Assembly (NCBI GenBank): GCA_001600815.1
Contig: BCKZ01000012.1
Coordinates: forward strand, 547,546-611,545
Length of the DNA: 64,000 nucleotides
From: Alloascoidea hylecoeti
Taxonomy: Eukaryota
Direction of reading: 5' to 3'
The position numbers were made by a program, and so were the translations under genes. Positions 13,054-22,855 of the stretch are shown here, in pieces. Every line of letters begins with the position of its first letter. Within the stretch, counting starts at the first letter, position 1. A model generated the notes under the pieces. That model was not told the origin of the DNA and searched no databases. It worked only from the letters and a program-made list of their open reading frames with translations.

Positions 13054-14775
13054 ATGAGTGTGATAAGCCTTGAATATGAGGATATTAATACTGCCCTCAG
13101 TGCGAGGCATGTCAAGCCAGTGATAGATCACAACTTAACCGAAGATGAAAAAGCTTTGGTTTCATTAGGATATAAACAAGAGTTTAAGAGAGAGTTTAGT
13201 TTATGGTCAACATTCGCAGTTTCATTTTCACTCTTGGGTTTACTACCATCAATTGCTTCAACACTCTACTATGGTATGGGGTATGCGGGAACTGCTGGTA
13301 TGACATGGGGTTGGCTAATAGCCATGATTGGAGTACAAGCTGTCGCAAATAGTATGGCTGAATTATGTTCTAGTATGCCTACTTCGGGAGGCCTTTATTA
13401 TGCAGCCTTCGCTCTCGCTCCGCCCAAATGGAAGTGTTTTGCAGCCTGGATAACAGGTTGGAGCAATTTTTTGGTTCAGCTTACTTCAGGTCCATCTGTT
13501 GATTACGCGTTAGCTTGTATGATTTTAGCCATGAAAGCTCAACACAATTCGGATTATTCGCCAACTAATGGTCAAATATATGCTTTGAGCACCTGCTTTA
13601 TGATAGTTCATTCTATAATTTCTTCCTTACCCACGAAATCGTTAGCCCAGTTCAACTCAGTGGGTAGTATTCTTAATTCTGTTTTTCTTTTAGTTGCTCT
13701 CATTGTGATACTTGCTGGAAATAACAGATCTGGGGATATTCCAAAGTGGAATTCCAACCACAAAGTTTGGGGGGTGATTGAAAATCAAACCCAATGGCCT
13801 GATGGAATAGCAATTTTGATGTCTTTCATATCAATTATTTGGACTATGTCTGGCTATGATTCACCGTTTCATTTATCGGAAGAGTGTTCAAATGCTAACA
13901 TCGCTGCTCCGAGAGCAATCTGTATGACAGCGTCCGTTGGTGGTCTTCTAGGTTGGGCTTTCCAGTTAGTTATAGCTTACACGGTCGTTGATATTCCAGC
14001 TGTCATTAATAGTGATCTTGGACAGCCATTTGTTTCTTATCTAACTCAATGCCTAAGCCCAAAGCTTGTTGACTTTGTAACTGCAATAACTATTATAGCT
14101 TCGTTTTTTATGGGAGAAGCTGGCATGATTGCAGCTTCAAGAGTAACTTATGCGTATGCCCGTGATGACTGTTTCCCATTATCAAGATATTGGAAGGCTG
14201 TAAATAAGACTACAGGTACTCCAGTGAATGCTGTATGGTTTAATTGGTTCATAGGTCAACTTTTGTTATTACTAATTTTTGCGGGAGATGCCGCTATAGG
14301 TGCCATTTTCTCTGTTGGTGCATTAGGAGCATATATTTCGTTCACTATCCCCATTTTCATTAAAGTATTTGTTGCAAAGGATAAATTTAAACCTGGTCCA
14401 TGGAATCTAGGAAAATATTCACAAATAACTGGCTATATTTCGTGTGCTTATATTTTACTGATGGCACCAATACTATGCTTCCCCCAATATAGAGGTAAGG
14501 ATAATACACCAGATGCAATGAACTGGACAGTTGTCGTCTATTTTGGTCCGATGTTAATAATTTTGATTTGGTATCTTGTCGACGCTAGGAAATGGTTTAA
14601 GGGTCCTGTTCTCAATATTGACCATGTTCTTGTAGAAGATTCGGAGGTTATTACGGGTAAAGAAATAGTGGTTACTGGTGATGATCTTGACAAAAATAGA
14701 AAGGCCAGTAGTACTATAGATAGTGACCCAAAACTTTCTCAGGAAAATGAACACAGAGTTTCAAACAGTGCTTAG
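13054..14775 (+). CDS. APC-superfamily amino acid/GABA/polyamine permease (ACT family, Uga4/Tpo5-like)
   Basis: LGYKQEFKREFS, MAELCSSMPTSGGLYY, GYDSPFHLSEEC, ASRVTYAYARD, FKPGPWNLG; about 12 hydrophobic segments. Confidence 0.9.
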   Translation: MSVISLEYEDINTALSARHVKPVIDHNLTEDEKALVSLGYKQEFKREFSLWSTFAVSFSLLGLLPSIASTLYYGMGYAGTAGMTWGWLIAMIGVQAVANSMAELCSSMPTSGGLYYAAFALAPPKWKCFAAWITGWSNFLVQLTSGPSVDYALACMILAMKAQHNSDYSPTNGQIYALSTCFMIVHSIISSLPTKSLAQFNSVGSILNSVFLLVALIVILAGNNRSGDIPKWNSNHKVWGVIENQTQWPDGIAILMSFISIIWTMSGYDSPFHLSEECSNANIAAPRAICMTASVGGLLGWAFQLVIAYTVVDIPAVINSDLGQPFVSYLTQCLSPKLVDFVTAITIIASFFMGEAGMIAASRVTYAYARDDCFPLSRYWKAVNKTTGTPVNAVWFNWFIGQLLLLLIFAGDAAIGAIFSVGALGAYISFTIPIFIKVFVAKDKFKPGPWNLGKYSQITGYISCAYILLMAPILCFPQYRGKDNTPDAMNWTVVVYFGPMLIILIWYLVDARKWFKGPVLNIDHVLVEDSEVITGKEIVVTGDDLDKNRKASSTIDSDPKLSQENEHRVSNSA

Positions 14776-15660
14776 TAAATCAAAAGCGTTTAACAACCCT
14801 CATAAAATAAAAAAGTACTAGTATTTGATTTTTGCTCTAGTTATGTTTGTTTGTATGCTTTGTTGTTTTTCACTTTCCAGAGTTATGGCTAAATTTTTAT
14901 TCACAACTGCAAGGTGATCATAATTGATAGCAAACTCGAAGCATTTAGAATTATGGTTGCAATTTTACTGGTGTAGGAAAGGGCTATGGTCTCAAAAAGC
15001 TTGGCGGTTCGTCTAAGATTGTTACATTTCAACCACAAATTGCAAACCCAGCAACAAATATAAAATATTGAAAATAGTATCACTATAATCTACTTTATAT
15101 CATTAATATTTTGTTTTGTAAATCTCGCTGTGCACATGTGGTCTGAGCGTTCTTCTATGAGCTAATAAATCCTCCTGCATAGTAGCAGTGCACCCCTTGA
15201 AGATATTTGTCCAAATACGGAAGTAAACATCAGATATCTCATATGTTTTTAATTTTTCCAGCCAAGCTTCGTAGGGACATACTCTTTAGTGGCCCAAAGC
15301 AGGATACACCAAATATAATACAGTATATCCTATACATTTTAGTAAAGATTTTGTGGGTGTAAGAGAGATTCAAAAAAATATATAAAGGAGTGCTGAAATT
15401 GTATAGGAATAGGGACACAACTATCACAGTTTACCTAATTTGTATCGATATTTTCGAAACATATTAGCGTACGTTGAGTTTGGAATTAGATAATAAATAT
15501 CTCGAATATATTAATATTATTAAAAGTAGGTGCCATCTACCATACTTGCTATCCATTAACGCAGCATCTATTGAATCGAAATTAACATAGGTATATAAAT
15601 ACGCTTCTCTTATCCCACCCTTTATTGCAAATTTTAGTAGGCGGTTTATGCTCCAATTTC

Positions 15661-15865
15661 GAGAAATCCACGTTAATATTTTTAGGGTGTAAGGGAACAT
15701 ACGCGAAGTTCCGGAGTGGGTCTAGGTATAATTGTGGGGATCTTTGATTCCCTTATGTCTTAATCACAATCCACTTAACATTACTCTCTCTTACATATAA
15801 TGATTAACGATACTCAAAATTAAATGCTATCATCATTAGATGGAAAAACGGCTTAACTTACTAGA
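15661..15865 (+). repeat. Copy B of the degenerate direct repeat (orphan promoter-like copy)
   Basis: gagaaatccacgtt...agtgggtcta...ttgtggggatctttgattcc...cttacatata...taaatgctatcatcattag is colinear with copy A. Confidence 0.75.
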
Positions 15866-15920
15866 ATTAATATATTATAACATTGATTAATCGACTATAT
15901 TGAATATTAATGCCTATACA

Positions 15921-18900
15921 CTAAGCTTTAAGAGAAATAGATGATGGAGTAACATAAGATGATACTAAAGTAGTATATTCTGCAACTTCAGTCTGTAAAT
16001 TTGATATTCTTTTTTTATAATTTCCACTAGCTTCTGAAGCATTACTAGTACTTGAATTAGAATTAGAACTGCTATCAAGTGGGTAAACAATTTTAACTGG
16101 TGATGAAAGTACTAATTCCCAATCTTCAACATTTTTAACAGTTCCAAATGGTTTAACTCTTCTTACTAAAATTCTATATTTACCGGTTGGTACATCTGTT
16201 CCATTTGCAAATGAAAATATTCTAGCTGTATCTGGAACAATATCATAGGATCTTGACACTTCAGTCAGGGGAAGTGGAGAATCACTAAGGTACGAAGGAT
16301 CAATTTCAGGGAAAGTTGTAATTGGACCAAAATATTTGTTATTATTCAAATCAGTTGGATATTGAAATTCTGATACTGTCCAGTTTTCATCAACAAGCTA
16401 TAAAATGTTAATATAATATATCTTCATGAATTTTTAATTCTTTCGAATAACGTAAATCTGTTACTTACATCAATAGATAGTTCTTTTGTTCCCCATGGAT
16501 TATAAATACTAATGATTGGAGAATCACCAATGAGTAAATTATATTCATGATCAGGAACAGCTGTAATATTGTAATTGACACAAGGATGATTCTTATCAGA
16601 ATTTTGACAAATGTAAGCATGAAATGTTGGAGCATATTTAGTTCCCCAAATACGATCCTTTTTAGTATCGAATTCAACTCCTAAAATCATAATAAAAAGT
16701 TAGTTGAATCATTATAATCAAAATGTTAATATGTAGAAATACTTACCAACATAGGGAATTTCTACTCTTTCATGATTAGTACCAGTTATTTCAATCTTTC
16801 CTTGGAAAACTGGTCCAGTAGCTGGGTTTACTGTTGGAGCTGTAAATGTAACGTCTACTGATCCTTCTTGTCCTGGGAAAAGAACAACAATTTGTTGTGA
16901 AAACTGAACAGATGCATAATCTTCTGATGTAATAGGATAATAATCATATTGAAATAATCCATCTGGATTAAATATTGATACTGTTGAAAATGGTTGGTGA
17001 TCAATAAAATAAGTAACAATACAATCTCCTGTATTTTTAAATGTAATAGTATGAGTAGAAACTCTATTGGCAGTATCGTTGAGTTCTAAAGCACTTTTTG
17101 AAGTAATGATTGTATTATAGTTTAATAATTTTACAGCATCAACTAAACCACCACCTTGTTGAATAATAGGTGCTGGATGGCCTGTATTAGTGTTTCCATC
17201 AAACTCTGCAATGTTATTAGCAGTAGTGATAAATTTTGTTCGAAGATCAATGGCAGGAGATGTACCAAGTTGACTTCTACCTCCTTTTGCACCAAAATAT
17301 AAAGCAGCAACACCAGCAAGATAAGGAGTGGCCATACTTGTTCCACTAATATCAGCATATTTATTTCCTCCAATCCATGTTGAATAAATATGTCCACCAG
17401 GAGCAGCAACAGTTGGATAAAATTTATGTTCATAAGTACCACCCCATGTAGAAAATCTATTTAAATGACCAGCTCCTTTAAGACTACTTGTTATAGCAGA
17501 TGGAGTATTTGGATCACCAAATGTAATGGAAACAGTATTTCCATTAGCAATTTGTGCATGTACCCAATTACCAACCTCTTCTTGTGTTAAACCAATACCT
17601 TTAAAAGTAGTATAGATAAATCCAGGAATATTATCAAAAGGCTTTCCAGATTTTGCAGTATTAGATAAAAACACATATTGAAATGGACGATTAGCTTTAT
17701 TATGTAAACTGTTCAACACAGTGTATTGATAACCATTAGAACAAATTCCTCTATCTGCAAAGATAACTGAACTATTAGCACTAAATTTAGTGGTAGCATT
17801 TAATTTACAACTATCTTCTGTTGTGACTGAAACATCATAAGTACCAGTAGCATTCCATGAAGTACGGGTACCACTGCTTAAGTATGAAAAGTCTATAGTT
17901 TCACCTGATGATGATACAAACTTTGCATCCCATGAAACAAGTTGTGATGCTTCAGTCGAAGCAACAGCTGTAACATACTCACCAGAAGCACCATTAGAAG
18001 GAAAGTAAGGGCCAAGATAACCAGAATTACCAGCTGCAATTGCAACAAAAACACCCTTTTCAGCAATTCTTGAAGATAATTTAGCCCATGGAAAATCAGA
18101 CCAACCTCCAGCACCACCAATTGAACATGAAATAATATCATTACCGTCATTATAAGCCCTCTCAAAAGCAGCCAAAAGAACATCAGTACTTGTACCATCT
18201 TTACATCCAAATACTTTATATGATCTAAAAGTTGCATTTGGTGCAACACCGTACCAACCTGGTGCAACAGCGCCAAGAATGCCAGCAACGTGGGTTCCAT
18301 GACCTTGACAATCCATTGGATCATTATCAGGATGAAGAGTAGCATCTCCATCTAAATTCCATTTCTTACCAACGATATCAACACCGAATTCAAATTTGTA
18401 TCCTTCACCAATACCTCCACCAAGAGCTGGATGATTATAATCGACACCAGTATCAACAATACCAATTTTAACGTCTTTACCAAATATTCCCTGATTATGA
18501 AGAGAATCAACACCAGTTGTTAAATGTGGATTCCATTCTTGATGATCTGGAAATTCAGGAGTTGTATAATTTAAATAATGTATTTGTACTTTCCAAACGT
18601 GCTTAACATCATCTAATTTTTGAATTTCTTCGATTGTTGTATTACTTAAAACAGATAAAGTAGTACCTTGAAAAATATCACTTGTAAGATTATAATTGGC
18701 AGTTGCATTAATGCCGGCATCTGCTAGAGTTTGATAAAAAGCGTGAGCAACATCACCAATATCTGATCTTTTTAATAAAGAACCGGAATTTTCATATTCA
18801 ATAATATATTTATTTGGTATATAATGTTTACTTGCTGAATCAAATGATTTTGATGCGACAAGTTTCGGAAATAGGGAAATTGCAAGAGCACCTAATTGTA

Positions 18901-18928
18901 ACGAGCGACTAAAATCTAATAACACCAT
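15921..18928 (-). CDS. Secreted subtilisin-like S8A protease with I9-like propeptide, PA-like insert and Fn3-like C-terminal domain; exons 18928-16747, 16680-16469, 16397-15921
   Basis: Signal peptide; catalytic triad motifs IGIVDTGVDY, GHGTHVAGI, SGTSMATPY; QQGGGLVDA. Two GTAAGT...TAG introns join ORFs 16718..18928, 16424..16690 and 15921..16349 in frame. Confidence 0.9.
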
Positions 18929-19569
18929 AATGAATATTACGATAATATATTATTATTATAGATAATTTAGATTTAAATGATAAGAATGACAGAGGACTTC
19001 ACCATTATTTATGTATCTCTTTAATTGACAAAAATTAAAGTTGTGGATAAGATTCCATTTCAATACCGATATTGATTGAATTTAAACGCATTCAAACATG
19101 AGCAAATATACGTAAGATTTTGGTGATAGATGCCGTTTATATAGGGCCTATATAAAGACAACCCTTAGAAATCTTAATATCTGATCAATATACAATATGG
19201 GGTTCATATCTCTCAATGCCATAACATTGTTACATCAAAAACACGGAAAAATATAACATATGATGTTTTTTGTTATAAACACTTGACTATTAATTGTTTA
19301 AATCTACTTTGTTTTCTTTGTAGCTCCGATTTGTTCATAGTTACTAAAAACATATCTGATTCTCAATCAACTGGGTTAAATATCACAACTGGAATAATTT
19401 TTGTACCTGTACTACTATTCCTAATCAAAGTTTCGAGGAACGGTTCAATTAAACGTTAAATTCACTACAGGTGACATATTTCGCAGAATGAGGTCTCCGG
19501 CTAGTATGTATATCTATAAATGCAAGTTTTTTATACATTATGGTACGTGTACGGACATAATTATAATGG

Positions 19570-19592
19570 TATATATATATATATATATATAA
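19570..19592. repeat. (TA)n microsatellite
   Basis: tatatatatatatatatatata. Confidence 0.9.
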
Positions 19593-19641
19593 AGTATTGT
19601 GAGAAATATTAATAATATTGCAATTATGATTAGAACATTTA

Positions 19642-21102
19642 TCAGTTTTCAGCTGGTGGAGTTCCGGCAATTATACTAAACTGCCCACCAGCACCAATGA
19701 ACTTCATATCAACTCCTCTTGTTGCTGTGTTTTCTATTTTTGTTGGAACTTCAATGTCACCACCAGAAGGGCCATGACCAACTTGATAGGTTTCGCCAAA
19801 CCCCCAACTGTAAACCGAGCCATCTGTATCTGATATCGCAAGACTATGGTGGCTTCCGCATGCAATTGATCTAATTTTTGGCAAATCTGTTAACTCTGTA
19901 GGCTCAGGGATACAACGAGCCCTTCCTTGAGCATCCCTAACAGCATATTCAGGAATTTTATCCTTCGGAATTCCTACTTCATAAGAATCAATCCTACCAA
20001 ATGCATAGACCTTACCATCCTTGGATAAAGCAAGTGAATGATGCTCTCCCCCGGTAATAGCAACAATATTCTTGCCATCTAGTAAATCGATATATGTAGG
20101 GCCGCTAATTATGGCATTATCTTCAATTCCTGTGGGGATACCACACTGGCCAAATTGATTTAGTCCCCATGACATAACACGACCACTAGAATCAATAGCA
20201 AAGGAGTGATACTCTCCAGATCCAACGAAAACAATATTCTTCAAACCAAATTCTCTGGGAGTTAGAGTTTGTAATCGAGTCCTTTCCATTACTTTACGCC
20301 CGAGTTGATATTGCTGCCCACTTCCCCAGGAATAAACAGTTCCATACGCAGTCAATGCTAAAATATGATCTTTACCGGCTGCAATTTGAGCAATCTTGTT
20401 TAAGTCTTTGATCAATTTTGGAGTTCTTTGGAATTGAACTTTTTGGCTGAACCCCAAGATACCTTCATTGCATCTGAAAGTTCCCCAGGCATATACTTGA
20501 CCATGAGATGTCAAAGCAACGGACAAATTATCTGTTCCTACAACCTGGACAATTTTCACATTAGCCGGAATACCTTCAACTGGATCAGGTACAGATTCAT
20601 ATGGATTCAAATCTCCATCCTCGTCGTCACTATCATCGTCATCCATGTCCTTTAGAATTTCAGCACCCTCTTTATTTGTATCTCTACCCAAAACTCCATG
20701 ATCGTTTCCTCCCCAAGACCATACGCGTCCCTTGTAATCAATAACCAAAGAGTGAGCACCTCCAACACCTAGATCAACAATTCCTACTTTATCTCTTAGT
20801 AGTAAAACATTCTTTCTTGGTCTTTTCACTTCCTTGCTTTTCGAATCTGGTCCCAAGCCAAGTTCACACATGGATCCCGTACCAAATGCATAAACTTCCA
20901 GCTTTTCTGTCTTCAGTGAAGGAATTTTATTAATCTCTACTCTTTGTGAATTTATTCGTGTAACAGCAACAACTTTTCTTTTGTGGCTAGATATACGACC
21001 TGCACCATTTCTTACACTACCAGTAAATCTAGAGCGCTTTGAGCCAGCTTCTTTGAACTCAATTAAATCTTGGTGACTTGTTTTACGCTTAAGACCTGCC
21101 AT
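19642..21102 (-). CDS. SRM1: RCC1-family Ran GEF (Srm1/Prp20/Pim1)
   Basis: GTGSMCELGLG, VKRPR, repeated G-x-H-S/I-L-A-L and WG RCC1 blades; basic N-terminal NLS. Confidence 0.92.
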   Translation of the reverse strand: MAGLKRKTSHQDLIEFKEAGSKRSRFTGSVRNGAGRISSHKRKVVAVTRINSQRVEINKIPSLKTEKLEVYAFGTGSMCELGLGPDSKSKEVKRPRKNVLLLRDKVGIVDLGVGGAHSLVIDYKGRVWSWGGNDHGVLGRDTNKEGAEILKDMDDDDSDDEDGDLNPYESVPDPVEGIPANVKIVQVVGTDNLSVALTSHGQVYAWGTFRCNEGILGFSQKVQFQRTPKLIKDLNKIAQIAAGKDHILALTAYGTVYSWGSGQQYQLGRKVMERTRLQTLTPREFGLKNIVFVGSGEYHSFAIDSSGRVMSWGLNQFGQCGIPTGIEDNAIISGPTYIDLLDGKNIVAITGGEHHSLALSKDGKVYAFGRIDSYEVGIPKDKIPEYAVRDAQGRARCIPEPTELTDLPKIRSIACGSHHSLAISDTDGSVYSWGFGETYQVGHGPSGGDIEVPTKIENTATRGVDMKFIGAGGQFSIIAGTPPAEN

Positions 21103-21387
21103 TATTATCTATAGGGGATATTATTAAAGAGTTCAGCTTAAAAATAGTGAAAAAGTTGCCAATTACAAATTATCCAAACAATAAATAAAAAATAAAATAT
21201 TATTATTCGGGTGTTTGGGTGATAGTGAAATTTATAAAAATATTTTTTTAGAGTTGGGCAGGAAAAAAAGTTTTCTTGTATGGGATATTTTGTCAACATC
21301 TTTTTTTCAATTGATCTTTAATCTTGGAAAGACCTCACCAATTTCAAAATAACACACCGTAACAGAAGAAATATAAATCAAATTGGG

Positions 21388-22770
21388 ATGCCAAAAATCA
21401 CGGTTCAAAAGAAAAACAAACAACGACACAATCCATTACATGTTGAACTAACTAATGTAGATGGTATTCTGCGACAGACTCCTAAACATAAGAGTCAGTC
21501 TTCAAAAAATGATGACGAAGATACAGTAGGAGCTGTTGATGCATCAACATCCAGAGCTATTTTAACTCTAGCTAGGGAACAGCAGCAGGAACTTGAAGCG
21601 GAGGAAGAGCAAAAAGAGTTGGATAATCTACAGGGACCACAATTTCAGTTGCAGCCTAGTGATGATGAGGATTATGAAGACATCGATGAAGATGAAGAGT
21701 TTGGCGAAGCTGAAGAAGTAGAAGCTCTTAACCCAGAAGATCAAGCTCTTATTGATAAATATCTAAACAACACACAATCTTTCAATTTAGCCGATAAAAT
21801 TTTAGGTAAATTGGCAACAGAAGAAGACTATGGATCAGATGAAACTGAAGATCATCAAGATCAACCAGGATACTTTCTTCCACCCAAGGTAATTGAGGTA
21901 TACGAACAGGTTGGACTTCTTTTATCTCGATATAAATCTGGTAGATTACCTAAAGCCTTCAAAATCATTCCCACCTTAAGAAATTGGCCTGATGTTTTAT
22001 ATGTCACAAATGTAGAACAATGGTCTCCAGTAGCAGTTTTCGAAGCAACATCATTATTTGTTTCTAACTTGAGTGCAGCACAGGCAACTAAATTTGTTAA
22101 TATAATATTACTTCCACGATTCAAAGCAGAATTTGAACGTACTGATGAGTATTCGAAAGAACCCAGAAAATTAAACTATCACATCTATAGAGCATTGAAA
22201 AAATCATTATATAAACCTTCTGCTTTTTTCAAGGGATTCTTATTTCCAATATGTGAAGAAGGTTGTTCATTGAAGGAAGCTATTATTGTTTCTTCGGTTT
22301 TATCTAAAATTTCAATCCCAGCTTTACATTCAGCGGCTGCTATAATGCGATTAACAGAAATGAAATATTCTGTAGATAAAACAATGTTTATAAAAGCCTT
22401 GCTGGATAAAAAGTACGCATTACCTTATAAAGTCATTGATAGTCTGGTCTTTTATTTCATGTCATTTCGAAATACACCAGGTAATAAATATACCAATGCT
22501 GAATATGACAATAGAGTCACTCAATCACCTTTAGAAGAAAATACAAAAGATATTAAATTACCTGTTGTGTGGCATCAAGCATTTTTGTCGTTCGCTACAA
22601 TTTATAAGAATGATATAACTGATGATCAAAGAGACTTTCTGTTAGAGGTTGTTCGAATGAGGGGACACCATATGATTAGTCCTAAAATTAGAGAGCAGTT
22701 GCTCGCGGGAGTACCAAGAATGGAAAATGGTATCGATACGGGAGAACAAGAAATGGTTGACGCCTTTTAA
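21388..22770 (+). CDS. ENP1: Bystin, 40S biogenesis factor
   Basis: RHNPL, LLSRYKSGRLPKAFKIIP, LNYHIYRALKKSLYKPSAFFKGFLFP, LLDKKYALPY, LPVVWHQAFL. Confidence 0.96.
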   Translation: MPKITVQKKNKQRHNPLHVELTNVDGILRQTPKHKSQSSKNDDEDTVGAVDASTSRAILTLAREQQQELEAEEEQKELDNLQGPQFQLQPSDDEDYEDIDEDEEFGEAEEVEALNPEDQALIDKYLNNTQSFNLADKILGKLATEEDYGSDETEDHQDQPGYFLPPKVIEVYEQVGLLLSRYKSGRLPKAFKIIPTLRNWPDVLYVTNVEQWSPVAVFEATSLFVSNLSAAQATKFVNIILLPRFKAEFERTDEYSKEPRKLNYHIYRALKKSLYKPSAFFKGFLFPICEEGCSLKEAIIVSSVLSKISIPALHSAAAIMRLTEMKYSVDKTMFIKALLDKKYALPYKVIDSLVFYFMSFRNTPGNKYTNAEYDNRVTQSPLEENTKDIKLPVVWHQAFLSFATIYKNDITDDQRDFLLEVVRMRGHHMISPKIREQLLAGVPRMENGIDTGEQEMVDAF

Positions 22771-22855
22771 ACAATATTTGACAATATATCTTGGGAGTTT
22801 ATGTGATATATAAATATATATAGATGTATATAACTTTCTTATTGACCTTTGATAT

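Noticed and set aside
12624..15865. LTR retrotransposon suggested by flanking direct repeats
   Set aside because: No TG...CA ends, primer-binding site or gag/pol; the interior is an ordinary permease gene.
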